A stretch of DNA of 63,487 nucleotides, counting the filler, from Craspedostauros australis (lineage: Eukaryota): assembly GCA_030167865.1 (NCBI GenBank). It is 10 parts of 10 records of this genome, joined end to end, with 100 filler letters (N's around TTAATTAATTAA, not from the genome) between each part and the next. Parts side by side here need not be neighbours in the genome. Positions count along the whole stretch, not along the records: positions 35,493 to 46,582 come from JALAGF010005047.1; positions 46,683 to 48,951 come from JALAGF010005048.1; positions 49,052 to 55,752 come from JALAGF010005049.1; 7 more parts are not named here. The stretch is one strand, 5' to 3'. The position numbers and the translations under genes are program-made. Below, in pieces: positions 37,794 through 49,845 of this stretch. The notes beneath the pieces were generated by a model that ran no database searches, was not told where the DNA came from, and saw only the letters and a list, made by a program, of their open reading frames with translations. Position 1 is the first letter of the stretch; every line of letters starts with the position of its first letter.

Positions 37794-40700
37794 GAGCCAG
37801 ATTAGTGAGTCGACCTGCACTTTGTTATGGGACTCAAGAGCTTTCGTCTCAGATATCAAAACAACGTACATATGCGTAATCCTCGTAATCTTCATATAAA
37901 TAATTAACCATTACATTTTTAAGTTAGATCCTATTTTAAGTTTTATGGACTCATCAATGTGCGCATTTTTAGACTGCTTTAGGGACTCAGCCTTTTTCTT
38001 CCGACTACATCGATCCAAGTTAACGCGTTGCTGTTCTTTGTTTCTGCGAGTTTGTTCCCATTTTGAATTGTTCAGTCTCTTTTTGAGGTGTTCCAATGAG
38101 ACCATCCAACAGTCCATCCACGATAGCACCGGTTGTAGAGTTTTGGGAGAAGCGGTGAGTGCACGTTTACATACATTCTATCCTTTGTTGCTCTAATCCG
38201 TCATCTACGTCACCAAACTGGCTGCTGCGTCATAAACCACCAATCACAGCACGATGTGAAGCAGCATCAGCTACGTTTTGTCGTGATGGAATGGTCGAGT
38301 TGCATTGGTACTCCCGAAGTGGTTTGTGTCATCCTTTTTTCGTACATTCGTTGCAATGTTGATAATTACCTCAACCCCTAGGATGTCCGACCGGCCGAGA
38401 GTGCCGAACTCGACACAACAAGATGACGCTGGCGGAACACAAAAAAAACTCCACAATGGTCGCCCAACGGCATCCTCAGCGCCGCACCAACCAACGGTCC
38501 AAAGCAACATCCAAGCACATCGCCGTCACCGCGATGCAACCCTTGGTGGGTGGACGAGCGGAGGCTGCGAGAGCGGTTGATTTGGGGCCGCGGCAGGCCT
38601 CCGTGCAAACGTCGCAATTTGGCCGCAGATTGGCTCGTTGGATGTGGCCTGTGTACTCCATGCACAGCCCACACCAACACATTTGGAGGGTCAAGACGCA
38701 TCCAGGAGGTCGCCATCAAGGCGCCCACGAAGTTTCAAGCTCGGGGAGGACTGGGAATGCATCCGCGCAGAACAAAAGGTGGAGGGCAAGAGTTTTGTTG
38801 GGTGGGTCGTGGCGTACCCATCATGTGGCTTTGGCAGTGAGGGGGCAGCATCATCAAGCTGCCCAATCGCCAAGTAACCCATACAAGATGCGTGCGACAT
38901 CACCTGAAGATGCTCGTGACGAAGTCTGCGCTGCAGATACTGTCTGGAAGAGGCTGCGGCATCGAATGAGTGCAGACAGCCCATTTTTTTGGTGGGGCAC
39001 CCAAAACACAAGGGCATCACCAAATGGAGGTGTACCATCGGTACCCTCCACACCCAGCCCATTCTGAATACATCGGCATGTCGCCAGGGAGTGTGGGAAT
39101 GCACGAGGGGCACGTGGAGGGGCTGAAAGGATCATGTGAATGAGGTATGGATCTGTATCCATACCGCATCCGGATTGCAATCGTTTTTTCAAAAGCGCTC
39201 TTTTCAGTGTATGGACACATTTGGGTATGCAATGTGGCAGAAACGTTCTGTCCTTCGTGGGGCGGATAGATGGGGGGTATAAAGAGCTATTGTGGGGCAC
39301 AGTTTGCCAAAATAACAGGAGGATGATGATGATCATGGGTGCTGAGTGGAGGGCAACATGGTTTGATCATTTTTTTTTGTGAATCCACCACACAACTGTG
39401 TGGTGGACCAACATGACAACAAAAATAATTTCTATGTCAATTTAACCTTGATATTCTGTATAACCTATAGTCAGGAGTATGAATGCACTGTTTAGATTTG
39501 AATACAAATGATGTGTTGTTGAGATATAGCATGATAAGCAGATGTTTGGATGGTTTTTGGGTGGGCTCTACATTAGTCTACGTATCACGACCCATCACCC
39601 ACAAAACTCCACAACTCGTGTTGTCGCGGCGAAGCACACCCATCACAAAATTTGCTTCTCGTCATCCAACATGGCCTCACTTTCCCTGTTCGCCTTCATG
39701 GTGTGCGCATCACACCACATCTGATGGTCGAATTCCTCTTCCTCTCTCTGCAAATCTTGTTCGACTTGTTCCTCCTCTGTTGCAGCTGGCGCATTGTGGG
39801 TCACCACGACTGCAGATGCTGTTGCTTTGCTTGTTGTCTTGGTTTCTATCTTGATGAGGGCAGCCTCCTTCTTTTGTTTGCGTTGTTTGGCGTTGTATGC
39901 TGCAAACAGCGACGCTTTCACGCGCATGGGATTTGCGTGCAGTTGTACGTACCAGTCAGTTTTGGTTCTTGCGTTGTTCATCAGTTTCTCGTGTGCTTCG
40001 TGCTCCGATGGCCTGTTTTTCGGGTCCTTCGCGGAAGCTTCACAGATGTCCTTCAACTTGTCCGCGATGTAGTCTGGTAGTTTGGCGTTGGTCCGTGTTG
40101 TTTTGCTTGCCCAGCCGGGCACTGCGAGTGGTGGATGTTCTGTTTCCGCGGTCTGGTCTTGTAGTGCTGTGGTGTGATCGGATGGTAGATGTTGTTGTCC
40201 GTCTTGAAGGGCTTTGCCAATCACGAACGCCTTGCTCTCTGTCGCTGTGCGACCCATTTTGCGCGTCTTGTCCGTCTTCCTGGACGATTCGGACGTGATC
40301 GGCAGCTTGTCGGACATGTGCGTGTGGACAGCAACCGCACCCAACTCGTTGATCGTCCACCCTTCCCATTCAGCGCTCTTCACAACGACGTCTTCCGTGA
40401 TGCCAGATGCAGCCACCAACCGCGCCTGGTCATCATCATACTTCACCTCGTGAGTCTGACGTACTTGTTGCCCACTTGCGCGGAATCGTCTTTTTGGTGC
40501 GCCCGGTAACGTCGTGATGTTGCCTTCAAGGGTCTCTGCGTCGACCAGTACCGTGGTGGTACCCGCGATGTCACCGGCTTGGAGCGCGAGGAAGACTTGG
40601 AACGGGGTCTTGATGTCGTGTCCACTTTGCACGTATTTTCGCAGTACACGGGTGATGTACGCGAAGTGGGTGTCCAGCATGCTCTTACCGGTTTGGGCCT

Positions 40701-43700
40701 CTGTGTAGATCCACACGATGATTTTGGCCGCGTTTCGTCCCACAAGGTTCTTGTTGAGCTTGGACGTAATGAGCGCGATGTGCTCGTGACTGGCAAAGCA
40801 ACACGCGTTATCGCTCTGTAGGATGATTTCAGTCACGGATGGAAGCATGACTTTGACCTTTTTTTGCACGATCTCCAGCAGTCCACCAACTTGAAGTGTG
40901 TCTTGCATTGGTCTTCCATCGACCACAATGTCCATGAACCGATAAGTAAAAATGTCATTGCGACACGTGATGACCATTGCCCCAAGCAGTGACATTCCCT
41001 TCTTCCCCCAATATTCTTGTTGGGCTTCGCCTTGGCCTGTCGGTAGAATTTTTTGCTTATGGTCGAGTACCACATAGGCTCTTTTGTCGTTGTTGTTGAG
41101 TTCGGATTGATAACGGGCGATTTGTCTGAATTGAACTTTTGCACGCACTTTGTGAGCCATGTAGTTAATGATTTCATCAGCGAATCCCGGCGCTGCCGCA
41201 AGCATTGATTGCAATTCGTCTTTGTGTTCTGTGAGTTCATTGTCCTTAAGCATTGTGACAAAAGGGACAAAACGATCATCCACAAATTGCATTGCAGCGC
41301 CACAACGGTTGCATACTTTACGTGATTGTTCACTTGCGGTGGTCACAGGAATGTCATTTGTGATGGCTGGAGTGACGTTTGTGACAGCGGTGTTGTTCTT
41401 GCACTTGTGCTTGTTGGTGCGTGGTTTGCGTTGATTGCTTGATGTGGATGTTGCCTTCTTCTTCTCCTTTTTGGTGAGAGCGAACGCGGCCGAATGCATG
41501 GGATCGTCACACTCAAGCTGCATGTGGGACGCGGTGAATTCCCATTTGAGGAACACGACAAGCAGCTCGAGTGCATGCAAGAGGGAATCGGCTGTGCGCA
41601 CATGCTGTGCGATGACGTCATTGGGATCATCATTCTTGTGGTCGCTGTTGTCATTGGCATCCACAGCGTCATCGTTGTTCTCCTCCCTGTCCGCTTCATA
41701 CTTAGCCTTCAGCAGATCTACTAGGCGCGAAATTGCCTGTTTGAGTTTCTCCATCGCCATCCAGAAGTAACTCTCAAAGGAAGAAAGCCCTGTCTTGATC
41801 TTGCTTTTGCGTGTGAGCAGGTTAGTCATGAGGGTGAACGCAGGCATTCCCACTGGGTTGTTAGTCGTAGATGAGTACATGTTGAATAAGTCTCGGATGG
41901 TGGTGCTTCCGCGATCGAACACTGGAACATTTTCGAATTTGACACCACCATACTGCACCGTGTGACTCAAACCTGCCTTGTATGTTGCAGTGGTCATGAG
42001 AAACGACGTCACACCAGACAGGTCGCAAGCACGCACACGGTACTGGAGAACCTTTGGCGGAATAATTCCGCCGCAGCTGAAAATGCCAAAGGCGCGTCGC
42101 AGCGTTGTGAGTTGACTCCTTGTGTTAGCGGCGCGTGCAGGCTCGACATGAATACGTTGTTCCTCCGGAAGAGTCTCCACGTGACGAGACAGGATTGCAG
42201 TGACATTGTTACGTGACGTTGATGCAGCGAGAACGGCTCTCGCCACGTTAGCAAGTGTCTTCTCCCCCTCACACACAGGGTGTACAGATTTGAACCGAGC
42301 GCAGGCGGCGGCAGGTCCACGCGAGCGCGGACAAACCCCACCACCTGTTTCATCTGACGAGTTGGCAACTCCTCCTGAGGGAGCAAGACACCCCAGAGCG
42401 CAGTCGCTACAGTTACCCACACGCGTGTCAAGTTCCACCATGTTGGCCTATCATCCTTGCTGCCAAGCACGAATCCCGTGGGAGGCATGGGAATAAACAC
42501 GTTCATGTCGAAGTGATTGGTGAGCTCCTCCATGACGCGAATCACAGCAGGGCGCCTCCAGTTCTCCCCCTCCTCCGGATTGTACCCGAACTGACCTCCT
42601 CTCTTGTTCCTGCTGGCGCGCGTTCGTTCCCCCCTGTCGTTTTCGTCGTAGGTGGTGTCGCTGTCATTGGAGGTGTCTGCGTAGCCACCAGCAACAACAG
42701 CATTGCAGCGACGAGGGAGCCTGGCTGGTGGGGCAGGCTCGACAGGCGGTGCAACATCAGGCGCAGCAGGGGGTGGCGCGTTCACGATAACGCTCACCAC
42801 TGCTCTATCGCCGACACCTCGTCCCTCGGATCGCACCCTGACATTGGAGTCGTCGAAGACGCCTCCGTTGTCATCGAGGATGTGAACGAACACATGCAGC
42901 ACGCGAGCGTGCGCATGCGTACTGTTCGGGACGAGGCTGCCATCCGCTGCAAGCATTGGCTTCACATCGATCACTTGCGTGATGGTGGTCGGCTTCCTCA
43001 ACGCAGCGGATGGCTTGTCAGGCAACAGTTGCTCTGCAGTAGGCAGCAGGAACCCCTTCGAATCGAAGGGAGGAGTAGATGCAGGGTGAGTCCAACACGG
43101 TTTCTTACTGGGAGAGGGGTTAGAATCCTTGGAGTGGGCCTTGGCAGTGGTAGAGGTAGACATGGTGTAGTTGTTGCTGGAGAGTATAGTTGTTAGCTGG
43201 TCGGAGATGATGAACTGCACAGGTTGAGATGAAGTGAGGAAGGAGAGCATACAATGAAAGGCCACCATTCATTGACAACAACAACAACAACTACTAAGAC
43301 TACTACTACTACAAGGATGAGCACTAGCATGGCACACAAGAGCGAGTACGCGTGGCATTGGCGAGGCAAGTTGTGAAATGGAGCGAAAGTGTGGCGATGA
43401 TGTTTGATTTTGTGAACAGATGCCGATGATGTGTTTTGTGTGATGTGTTTTGTGTCATGTGTGTTGTGACGAGCAAAATGTGAGATCATGCGGCACATGC
43501 TAACGTGTATTTAACGCGTACCCAACGAACGACACGTTCGGGAGCGCCCTCGTGACTGACCACCCGCCGATAAATAAACAAGAACACAATAGAACTTTCT
43601 GGGAAACAAGTAGGAGTTTCATGGGGTTCGACCCATGTGACTTCAGCAGTTGTTTGACTGTCCATAAAACTTAAAATAAAGGTCTAACAAAAAATGTAAC

Positions 43701-43816
43701 GGTTAATTATTTATATGGAGACTACGAGGATTACGAATATGTACTTGGTTTAGATCTACAAGAAAAATGTTCTTGAGTCCCATAACAAAGTGCAGGTCGA
43801 CTCACTAATCTGGCTC
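37794..43816 (-). mobile_element. Full-length Sola3-type DNA transposon (6,023 bp)
   Basis: TTAA at 37790-37793 and 43817-43820; GAG...CTC termini; 157-bp TIRs (37794-37950 / 43660-43816, first 46 bp perfect); DDD transposase inside. Confidence 0.9.
39643..43163 (-). pseudogene. Sola3-type transposase (~1,172 aa if repaired), split by one frameshift near 42270
   Basis: VVLDHKQKILP...EAQQEYWGKKGMSLLG, ILQSDNACCF, YTEAQTGKSMLDTHFA (DDD triad), CxxC; the N-terminal ORF from ATG 43163 overlaps the 932-aa ORF in the -1 frame. Confidence 0.82.
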
Positions 43817-45161
43817 TTAAATCAAGACACAGTATTGCAGAGTCATTTTCGGAGTTTCTCCATGATATACCCATAAATAAAACTGGAAGCTATGACCTTC
43901 AAAGAGTTCCTGAGAACGAAAATCTGGTTCGAGAACATTCCTCTTGCGGGATCTTTTGTCATCGCAAAAACAACGAGTTTTGATTGGCTGGGTCAGTAGC
44001 CTCCAAGATAGACTAATTCGACCCATTTTGCCGGGTGTCCCTGGGGCCGAAAACGAGTTTGGGTGCGAATACTCGTAATTGAACCAATCACGCCGATCCA
44101 AACGATGACGAACCTTCGATCTCGTTCGTCGGTCCGGGCGATAATTCTCACCTCGCGTTCACGGAATCCAAGGAACAATCATGATGACTCGCAGATGCCA
44201 AGCACCACAAACGCACCTGCCTCTCATTTGGCCTCCGGACATGCATCACAACCTGTCAGGAATCGGGGGTACGACTTTGCAAAGATACCGTATTCTACCG
44301 CAGCTCCCATGAGAACTGACCGGAACCGGAATGGTATTAAGTGCGAAGATACCCACGATTGCCGCAACCCCCAATAGCATCTCCCAGACAAACCGCAACC
44401 TAGCAATCGACCAATTGCACTCGGACAGCCCAATGGCCTTACCTGTCTTATGCGACATCCAAGCACCCTCATCCAGTGGCCTACTCGGCCATGTCCCGAT
44501 AACGGTCGGGAACGGAGAGATCTATGACGATGGCAACACACCAGCCCTGAGTGAATCGAATGAGCGCGACAACCAATATATCTGAACAAGTCGACGCGTC
44601 CCTGAGAACCTAATGTGAGAAAGCGAAACAGAGGCGATCCCTATTCACCCAAGACCACGATCCAAATGACAATAAGTTCCAAGCATCCAAAGGCAACCAT
44701 CGAGATGACCGGAGGGAGGAACCGAAATGAAGTGGGACCAGTGAGGTGACAAGAGACCGAAGGAGAGGTACCTACAGGTCTATGAGTATGAACTTGACGA
44801 ATGTAGGTGCTCTCCAATCCTCAGCCAAGCAAGCGATGAACCACGATGAAAGCAAGATGAAGATGCAGACGAAAGGAGCCAAGCTGAAGGGTGTAATCTC
44901 GGGTGGCTACTGCAGATCATGCTTGTTGTGAATTTGGAATCGAAAGGAGATGAGCATGTTGTGCTCACAGTTCTAAAACGGTACAGACTGATAACAGATT
45001 AGTCTACTACTATAACCCCGGATTTCCAACAACAACCTTCCCATTCCATAGTAGAGCCTCCACAGCGATAGCAGCAGTATCCGCAACGACGACGGCAACG
45101 ATCACATCCGCAACCATTTTCGACGCGCGCAGACCGGAATGCCGTGAGAACATTCTTGAAA

Positions 45162-46451
45162 ATGAACGCCGCAAACGAAACGATGTTCTTCCGGCCGTCG
45201 TGGCTGTCCGTGGAGTCCTGCGGCCTCCTTCTCCTTGTCATCAGCGAGCTGTTGCACGCAGTGATGGGTGTCTTCCTCAAGCTCTGTTCCAGCAGCGGGA
45301 TTCCGTCCACGGAGCTGGTCCTGATACGGTCGCTGGTCGAGGCAGTCTTCATCGTGATACTTCTCTGCGCCACGATGCCAAAGTCGGTTGCGCATGGCGG
45401 CGCTCACTATGAGTACGTCTCCAACCACAATGCTCAGTTGAGGAGGCAGGCGGAAGGCGACGGCGAAACTGGAATGCCTGAGAGCATGGAATCTTCCACG
45501 ACCACAGCTCTACTTCCGCAGCGTCCACTCCTCTTCACGCCGTTCGGAGGCACACGCAAGGTCCAGAAGATCGTCGTCATCCGCGGCATCGTCGGGGGCA
45601 TCACCTTCATCATGTACTTCGCCACGCTGAAGCTGCTACCGCTGGGAGACGCCATGACGCTGCTCAGTCTCAGCCCCACCTTCACGATCTTCCTGGCAGC
45701 CATGTTTCTTGGAGAACCGATCCTTCCTTCTCATTGTGTGGCAACGTGCTTCAGTCTCGCAGGCGCGATCTGCATCGCTCGTCCGTCCATCATCTTCGGC
45801 GCCGACGAAGGCGACTCATGGATTGCCGACTCGCCCTACTACTGGGTTGGTTACATCACCGCCATCTTGGGCAGCATAAGCGGCGCTGGAGCCATGGCGT
45901 TGATGCGCGGCGCCGGAACGATGGGCGTGCACACATTGCAGTTGGTGTGGTCCTTCCTCGTCTTCAGCCTCTTCAACGCGGTCATCTTCGGGCACATGGC
46001 ATGGGTGCAACGCATCGACGGAGTCTGGTCCATGCACCGGGATCCCAAGATCTGGATCTACCTCGCTGCCATGGGATTGGTCGGCACCGCGGCCCATGTC
46101 TTGTTGAACTTTGCCGCGCGACTGGCACCGGCGGGAATGAGCAGCATCGTGCGCAGCTCCAACATCGTCTGGGCCTACGTCTTTGAAGTCGTCGTCTTTC
46201 AACAAGTTCCGCAATCGACGACGTGGGCGGGTGTGTTGTTGATCTTTGTCTCCTTGGCGATCATCGCGTTTCAGAAATGGCGGGATGATCGGGAGAATCG
46301 GGAGGTGGCGGTGGTTCATGAAGGATACAGGTTACTCACTGATGGCAGTTCTGACATTGATGGTGTGGGCGCTGATGAAACGAGGCGTCAAGGCGAGAAT
46401 GAAGCAGCGCCATCGACGATACAAGAGACTGAAAATGGCGGCATATCGTAG
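45162..46451 (+). CDS. EamA/DMT-superfamily transporter (SLC35G-like)
   Basis: About 10 hydrophobic segments; ELVLIRS, IRGIVG, LPLGDAMTL...SPTFT..LA..FLGE, IARPS..FG, SIVRS..IVWAY motifs. Confidence 0.9.
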   Translation: MNAANETMFFRPSWLSVESCGLLLLVISELLHAVMGVFLKLCSSSGIPSTELVLIRSLVEAVFIVILLCATMPKSVAHGGAHYEYVSNHNAQLRRQAEGDGETGMPESMESSTTTALLPQRPLLFTPFGGTRKVQKIVVIRGIVGGITFIMYFATLKLLPLGDAMTLLSLSPTFTIFLAAMFLGEPILPSHCVATCFSLAGAICIARPSIIFGADEGDSWIADSPYYWVGYITAILGSISGAGAMALMRGAGTMGVHTLQLVWSFLVFSLFNAVIFGHMAWVQRIDGVWSMHRDPKIWIYLAAMGLVGTAAHVLLNFAARLAPAGMSSIVRSSNIVWAYVFEVVVFQQVPQSTTWAGVLLIFVSLAIIAFQKWRDDRENREVAVVHEGYRLLTDGSSDIDGVGADETRRQGENEAAPSTIQETENGGIS

Positions 46452-46500
46452 CCGTCGTTCGTAGAAACTGATCCAATAGTCAATTGGTGCTGCTCTCTCT

Positions 46501-46582
46501 TGTCGAGATGTACATGTGAGTATATGTCGAGATGTACGAGTATATGTGCATCGTTCACCCGCTATTCTCTCATACGCACTTG
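46501..46582. mobile_element. LTR family B, partial terminus at scaffold end
   Basis: TGTCGAGATGTACATGTGAGTATATGTCGAG..., 50 bp downstream of the transporter stop codon. Confidence 0.85.
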
Positions 46583-46682
46583 NNNNNNNNNNNNNNNNNN
46601 NNNNNNNNNNNNNNNNNNNNNNNNNNTTAATTAATTAANNNNNNNNNNNNNNNNNNNNNNNNNNNNNNNNNNNNNNNNNNNN

Positions 46683-48651
46683 GGTGTTGATCAACCAACG
46701 GATCGAGCGAGCAGGTTGGCAGCATCCAACATCGCTCCACCAACAAGATGGCGGTCATCTCGTTACCGACGATGTTCGAGTGGTGCGGCCTGAGCGTCCC
46801 TGCAATCAGAGATGCAGTCAAGGACATCTTCGCCCCTGATCCACTGGGAATGGCAACCATGAGAGGCGAGACGGCGAAGACCATCGACGACGCCTGCGAT
46901 GCACTTGCGAANNNNNNNNNNNNNNNNNNNNNNNNNNNNNNNNNNNNNNNNNNNNNNNNNNCCAGCCAAGCCACATTCCTCAACAGCATCGCGGATGCGA
47001 CGGACCGCATCGAGCAGCGCAAGAACCGACGCACAAAGGGCGACAGATTGATCGGGAAGCCATTCGGCATCCTGTTGAAGTCGTCGCTCGAGTGGAAGCG
47101 CTGGGGTGATGGACTGGACAGCATCCTCCGGTCCATCATCGGTATGCGAGGCATCCCTGTCTGGTATGTCATACGATCAGAACCGGCTGATGCATGGGAC
47201 CCCAACCTCACATGGGAGGAGAACGCNNNNNNNNNNNNNNNNNNNNNNNNNNNNNNNNNNNNNNNNNNNNNNNNNNCGCGGTGGCACTGGCACCTCACAC
47301 CGGTGAGGAGTTCATCCAGGATGCCGCAACCGTGCATCAAGTCATCCTGCAGAACATGGCACCAGACTCGGACGCCTACACCTACATCCGGTCCACCATC
47401 CGCGAGCGCAATGGCCGCAAGGACTTCCTGGCACTGCAGGCCCGCTACGACAGCAAGGCCAGCCGCGACGCGCAAGCGTCCACAGCCAAGAAGACCATCG
47501 CGACCATGCGTTACCAGAGCNAGAGGAACTTCTCCTTCGAGAAGTTCTCCTCCCAGCTGCAGCGAGCTGTGGACGCCCTTGAAGAGTGCGACATCCCCAT
47601 GCACAACCAAGACATCGTGGATGCCATCTTTGGATCCATCCTGGCACCGGGCATAAAGCCATTCAAGATTGCCCTCAAGCTCTCATACAGCGAAGCTGTC
47701 CCTGATTACAAGGAGGTGCTTCTCCGTTTCGCAAAAGAGATCCCAGAGCAGTCCACGACGGTGAAGGGCTCCCGCTATGTGTCTGAAACGACATCCACCG
47801 GTCGCTACACAGCCAAAGGTCCTGCTCCCACTGTAGGAGCCATCACAACTGACGGTTCCATCTACATCGGGAAGTACGACCGCAGCCAATGGTTCAGTGA
47901 TGAGGTCAAGCCATATCACGCCGAGATCCTGAAGGCCAGACCCCCAAGGCAGCGTGGCAGGAGGCCAGGCGGCACCAACTCACCATCCAAACGCCAGGTC
48001 AAGAAGCTCAAACGACAGATCAGCCAGCTCAAGACGTCGAGCGAGGAGCAGAGCAAGCGTGAGCAAGACCTGTTGCAGACAGTCGACCAGCTCACCAAGC
48101 AGTCCCAAGGACGCAACAACCAAGCTGGCAACTCATTCGGTGGCAGAGACTCGAAGAGGAGCGGCTCCGGCAACTGACATTTGTGGCATGATTGGTGGAT
48201 GGCCATAGTGAGCGGTAGTTGGATTAACAGTCTGATAGCACTCATTATATCATCAAACCAGTCTCGCGCGTACAAACTACAGGTTGCTGCGATTCGATCC
48301 TCTGCTCGCATCAGGAGGATCGGGACAGTGTCTGCGCAGAACACGCACGACGCCAGAGGCGTCCAGGCAAGGATGGAGATGGATTCGCATGCGGATACGA
48401 TCGTCGCTGGCAAACAGACTGTTGTGCTTCATTACACAGACAGGTGCTGCGATGTATCACCGTATACGGAGTCATACTCACCCATCACAGATGTCCCCAT
48501 TGTCACTGCAGCAACGGGATACACTTCCGCGAATGGAAGACGATACATCCTTGTCATGCACGAAGCATTGTACATGCCAGACCTTGACCATACATTGGTG
48601 AACCCGAATCAGCTGCGCCATCACGGCGTGACTGTGCAGGACAACCCATAT
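46683..48651 (+). mobile_element. Diatom Copia (CoDi-type) gag + protease fragment; gag ends at in-frame TGA 48175-48177
   Basis: Gag motifs IIGMRGIPVWYVIR, RNGRKDFLALQARY, Y..xRNFSFEKF; protease EMDSHADT, GYT....YILVMHEALY..DLDHTLVNPNQLRHHG.TVQDNP. Confidence 0.9.
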
Positions 48652-48785
48652 GCCTTATGCCGGCGTACGATTGAAGTTGTTTTTTTTCTACGATTGATTT
48701 TGTACTTGATACGATTGAGGTTGTTGTTGATGATGTAATTCCAAAAATTATGATTACTTGAGCTATCTCTCTCTCTTCTGCTGTC

Positions 48786-48888
48786 TGCACCTCTTGGTCG
48801 ATCGTATCTCAAGATGATTCGGTTTGCACCTCTTGGTCAATCGTATTCATGCATTTCGAGATTATTCGGTTTGCACCTCTTGGTCAAT
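48786..48888. repeat. Three copies of TGCACCTCTTGGTC(G/A)AT (39- and 47-bp spacing)
   Basis: Directly visible, in foreign sequence that truncates the pol ORF. Confidence 0.8.
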
Positions 48889-49051
48889 TTCTATTAGCCT
48901 TCTTGTTTTGAATGGAGGTCAATGGTTGGTTGAAGAGGTGTCTTCTCATATNNNNNNNNNNNNNNNNNNNNNNNNNNNNNNNNNNNNNNNNNNNNTTAAT
49001 TAATTAANNNNNNNNNNNNNNNNNNNNNNNNNNNNNNNNNNNNNNNNNNNN

Positions 49052-49644
49052 GAACTTGCGCACTCCATCGGTACTTGATTCTACGTGCTGAGTGGAAAGC
49101 AATCAAGGCAGGAAACGCGAAGCCCGCCCTCGTGGGATCCTTCTACAATGACGCCATCAAGCAAGCACAAGAAGGAGACCACCTCCACGAAGCAGGACTC
49201 GCGTGTGAGCTGGCAGGCAAACACATGCTGAGGAGCTGCAACCAAGACGACCCTCGCATCAGCAACTATTTCACTCAGGCATTGGGATTCTACGAAAGGT
49301 GGGGCGCTATTCCCAAATGCAAGCTCTTCCGTGAAGCCTACAGCGATTACATTGATGAAGATCGCGTGCGCGAGATGAAGATGCAAGGCAGCCTGGCAGA
49401 TCAAATCAAATCTCTCACCTTTTCGCAAGAACATCATGGCAGGTCGAGCGTCAACCAAGATCTGACGTCGGAGCGAACCCCAAGCAATGCACTAATCCAT
49501 TCTGGTCCGGATGTAGATTCGATGGGGCAAGCGGGCGACTCTCGAACAGTTACATCATCGAAGGACGGCAAAATGGGCAGCAAAGGCGATATGGAAAGTG
49601 GCAGGGACCACAGCGGTTCGATATTGACAGATACGGACTTGTAA
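49052..49644 (+). CDS. C-terminal TPR-like end of a STAND/AAA-ATPase-type protein (partial)
   Basis: ILRAE...YNDAIKQA....HLHEAGLACELAG....YF..A..FYERWGA..K pattern typical of the C-terminus of kinase/AAA/sensor-like proteins. Confidence 0.7.
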
Positions 49645-49845
49645 GTTGGAGACGGATAGAGTAGGACATGGTGAATGTATAGTACGCAAGTGTGGGGTAT
49701 CTCAACGTCCGTTCCGGAATGCTCTTACCATATGTACAATATACACTTCAGCACCAGCAACAATGGACAATCCGTTGCAGTTTGCGTGCGTTGAAGTGCT
49801 CCATCCCTCCTCGTAGTTGCTTGTCATGTGCCCAGCATTCATGGT

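Larger units (their letters stand above)
36487..44044. mobile_element. Putative non-autonomous TIR element (CCAGGGACACCCGGCAAAA ends, hAT-like CAGGG) hosting the Sola3 insertion
   Basis: 19-bp perfect inverted match 36487-36505 / 44026-44044; internal 20-bp repeat arrays; no TSD visible. Confidence 0.45.

Noticed and set aside
38423..39067. 214-aa ORF inside Sola3 as a cargo gene (e.g. Fanzor/TnpB)
   Set aside because: No RuvC or zinc-finger motifs and the frame is not preserved in the homologous copy at 3345-5370
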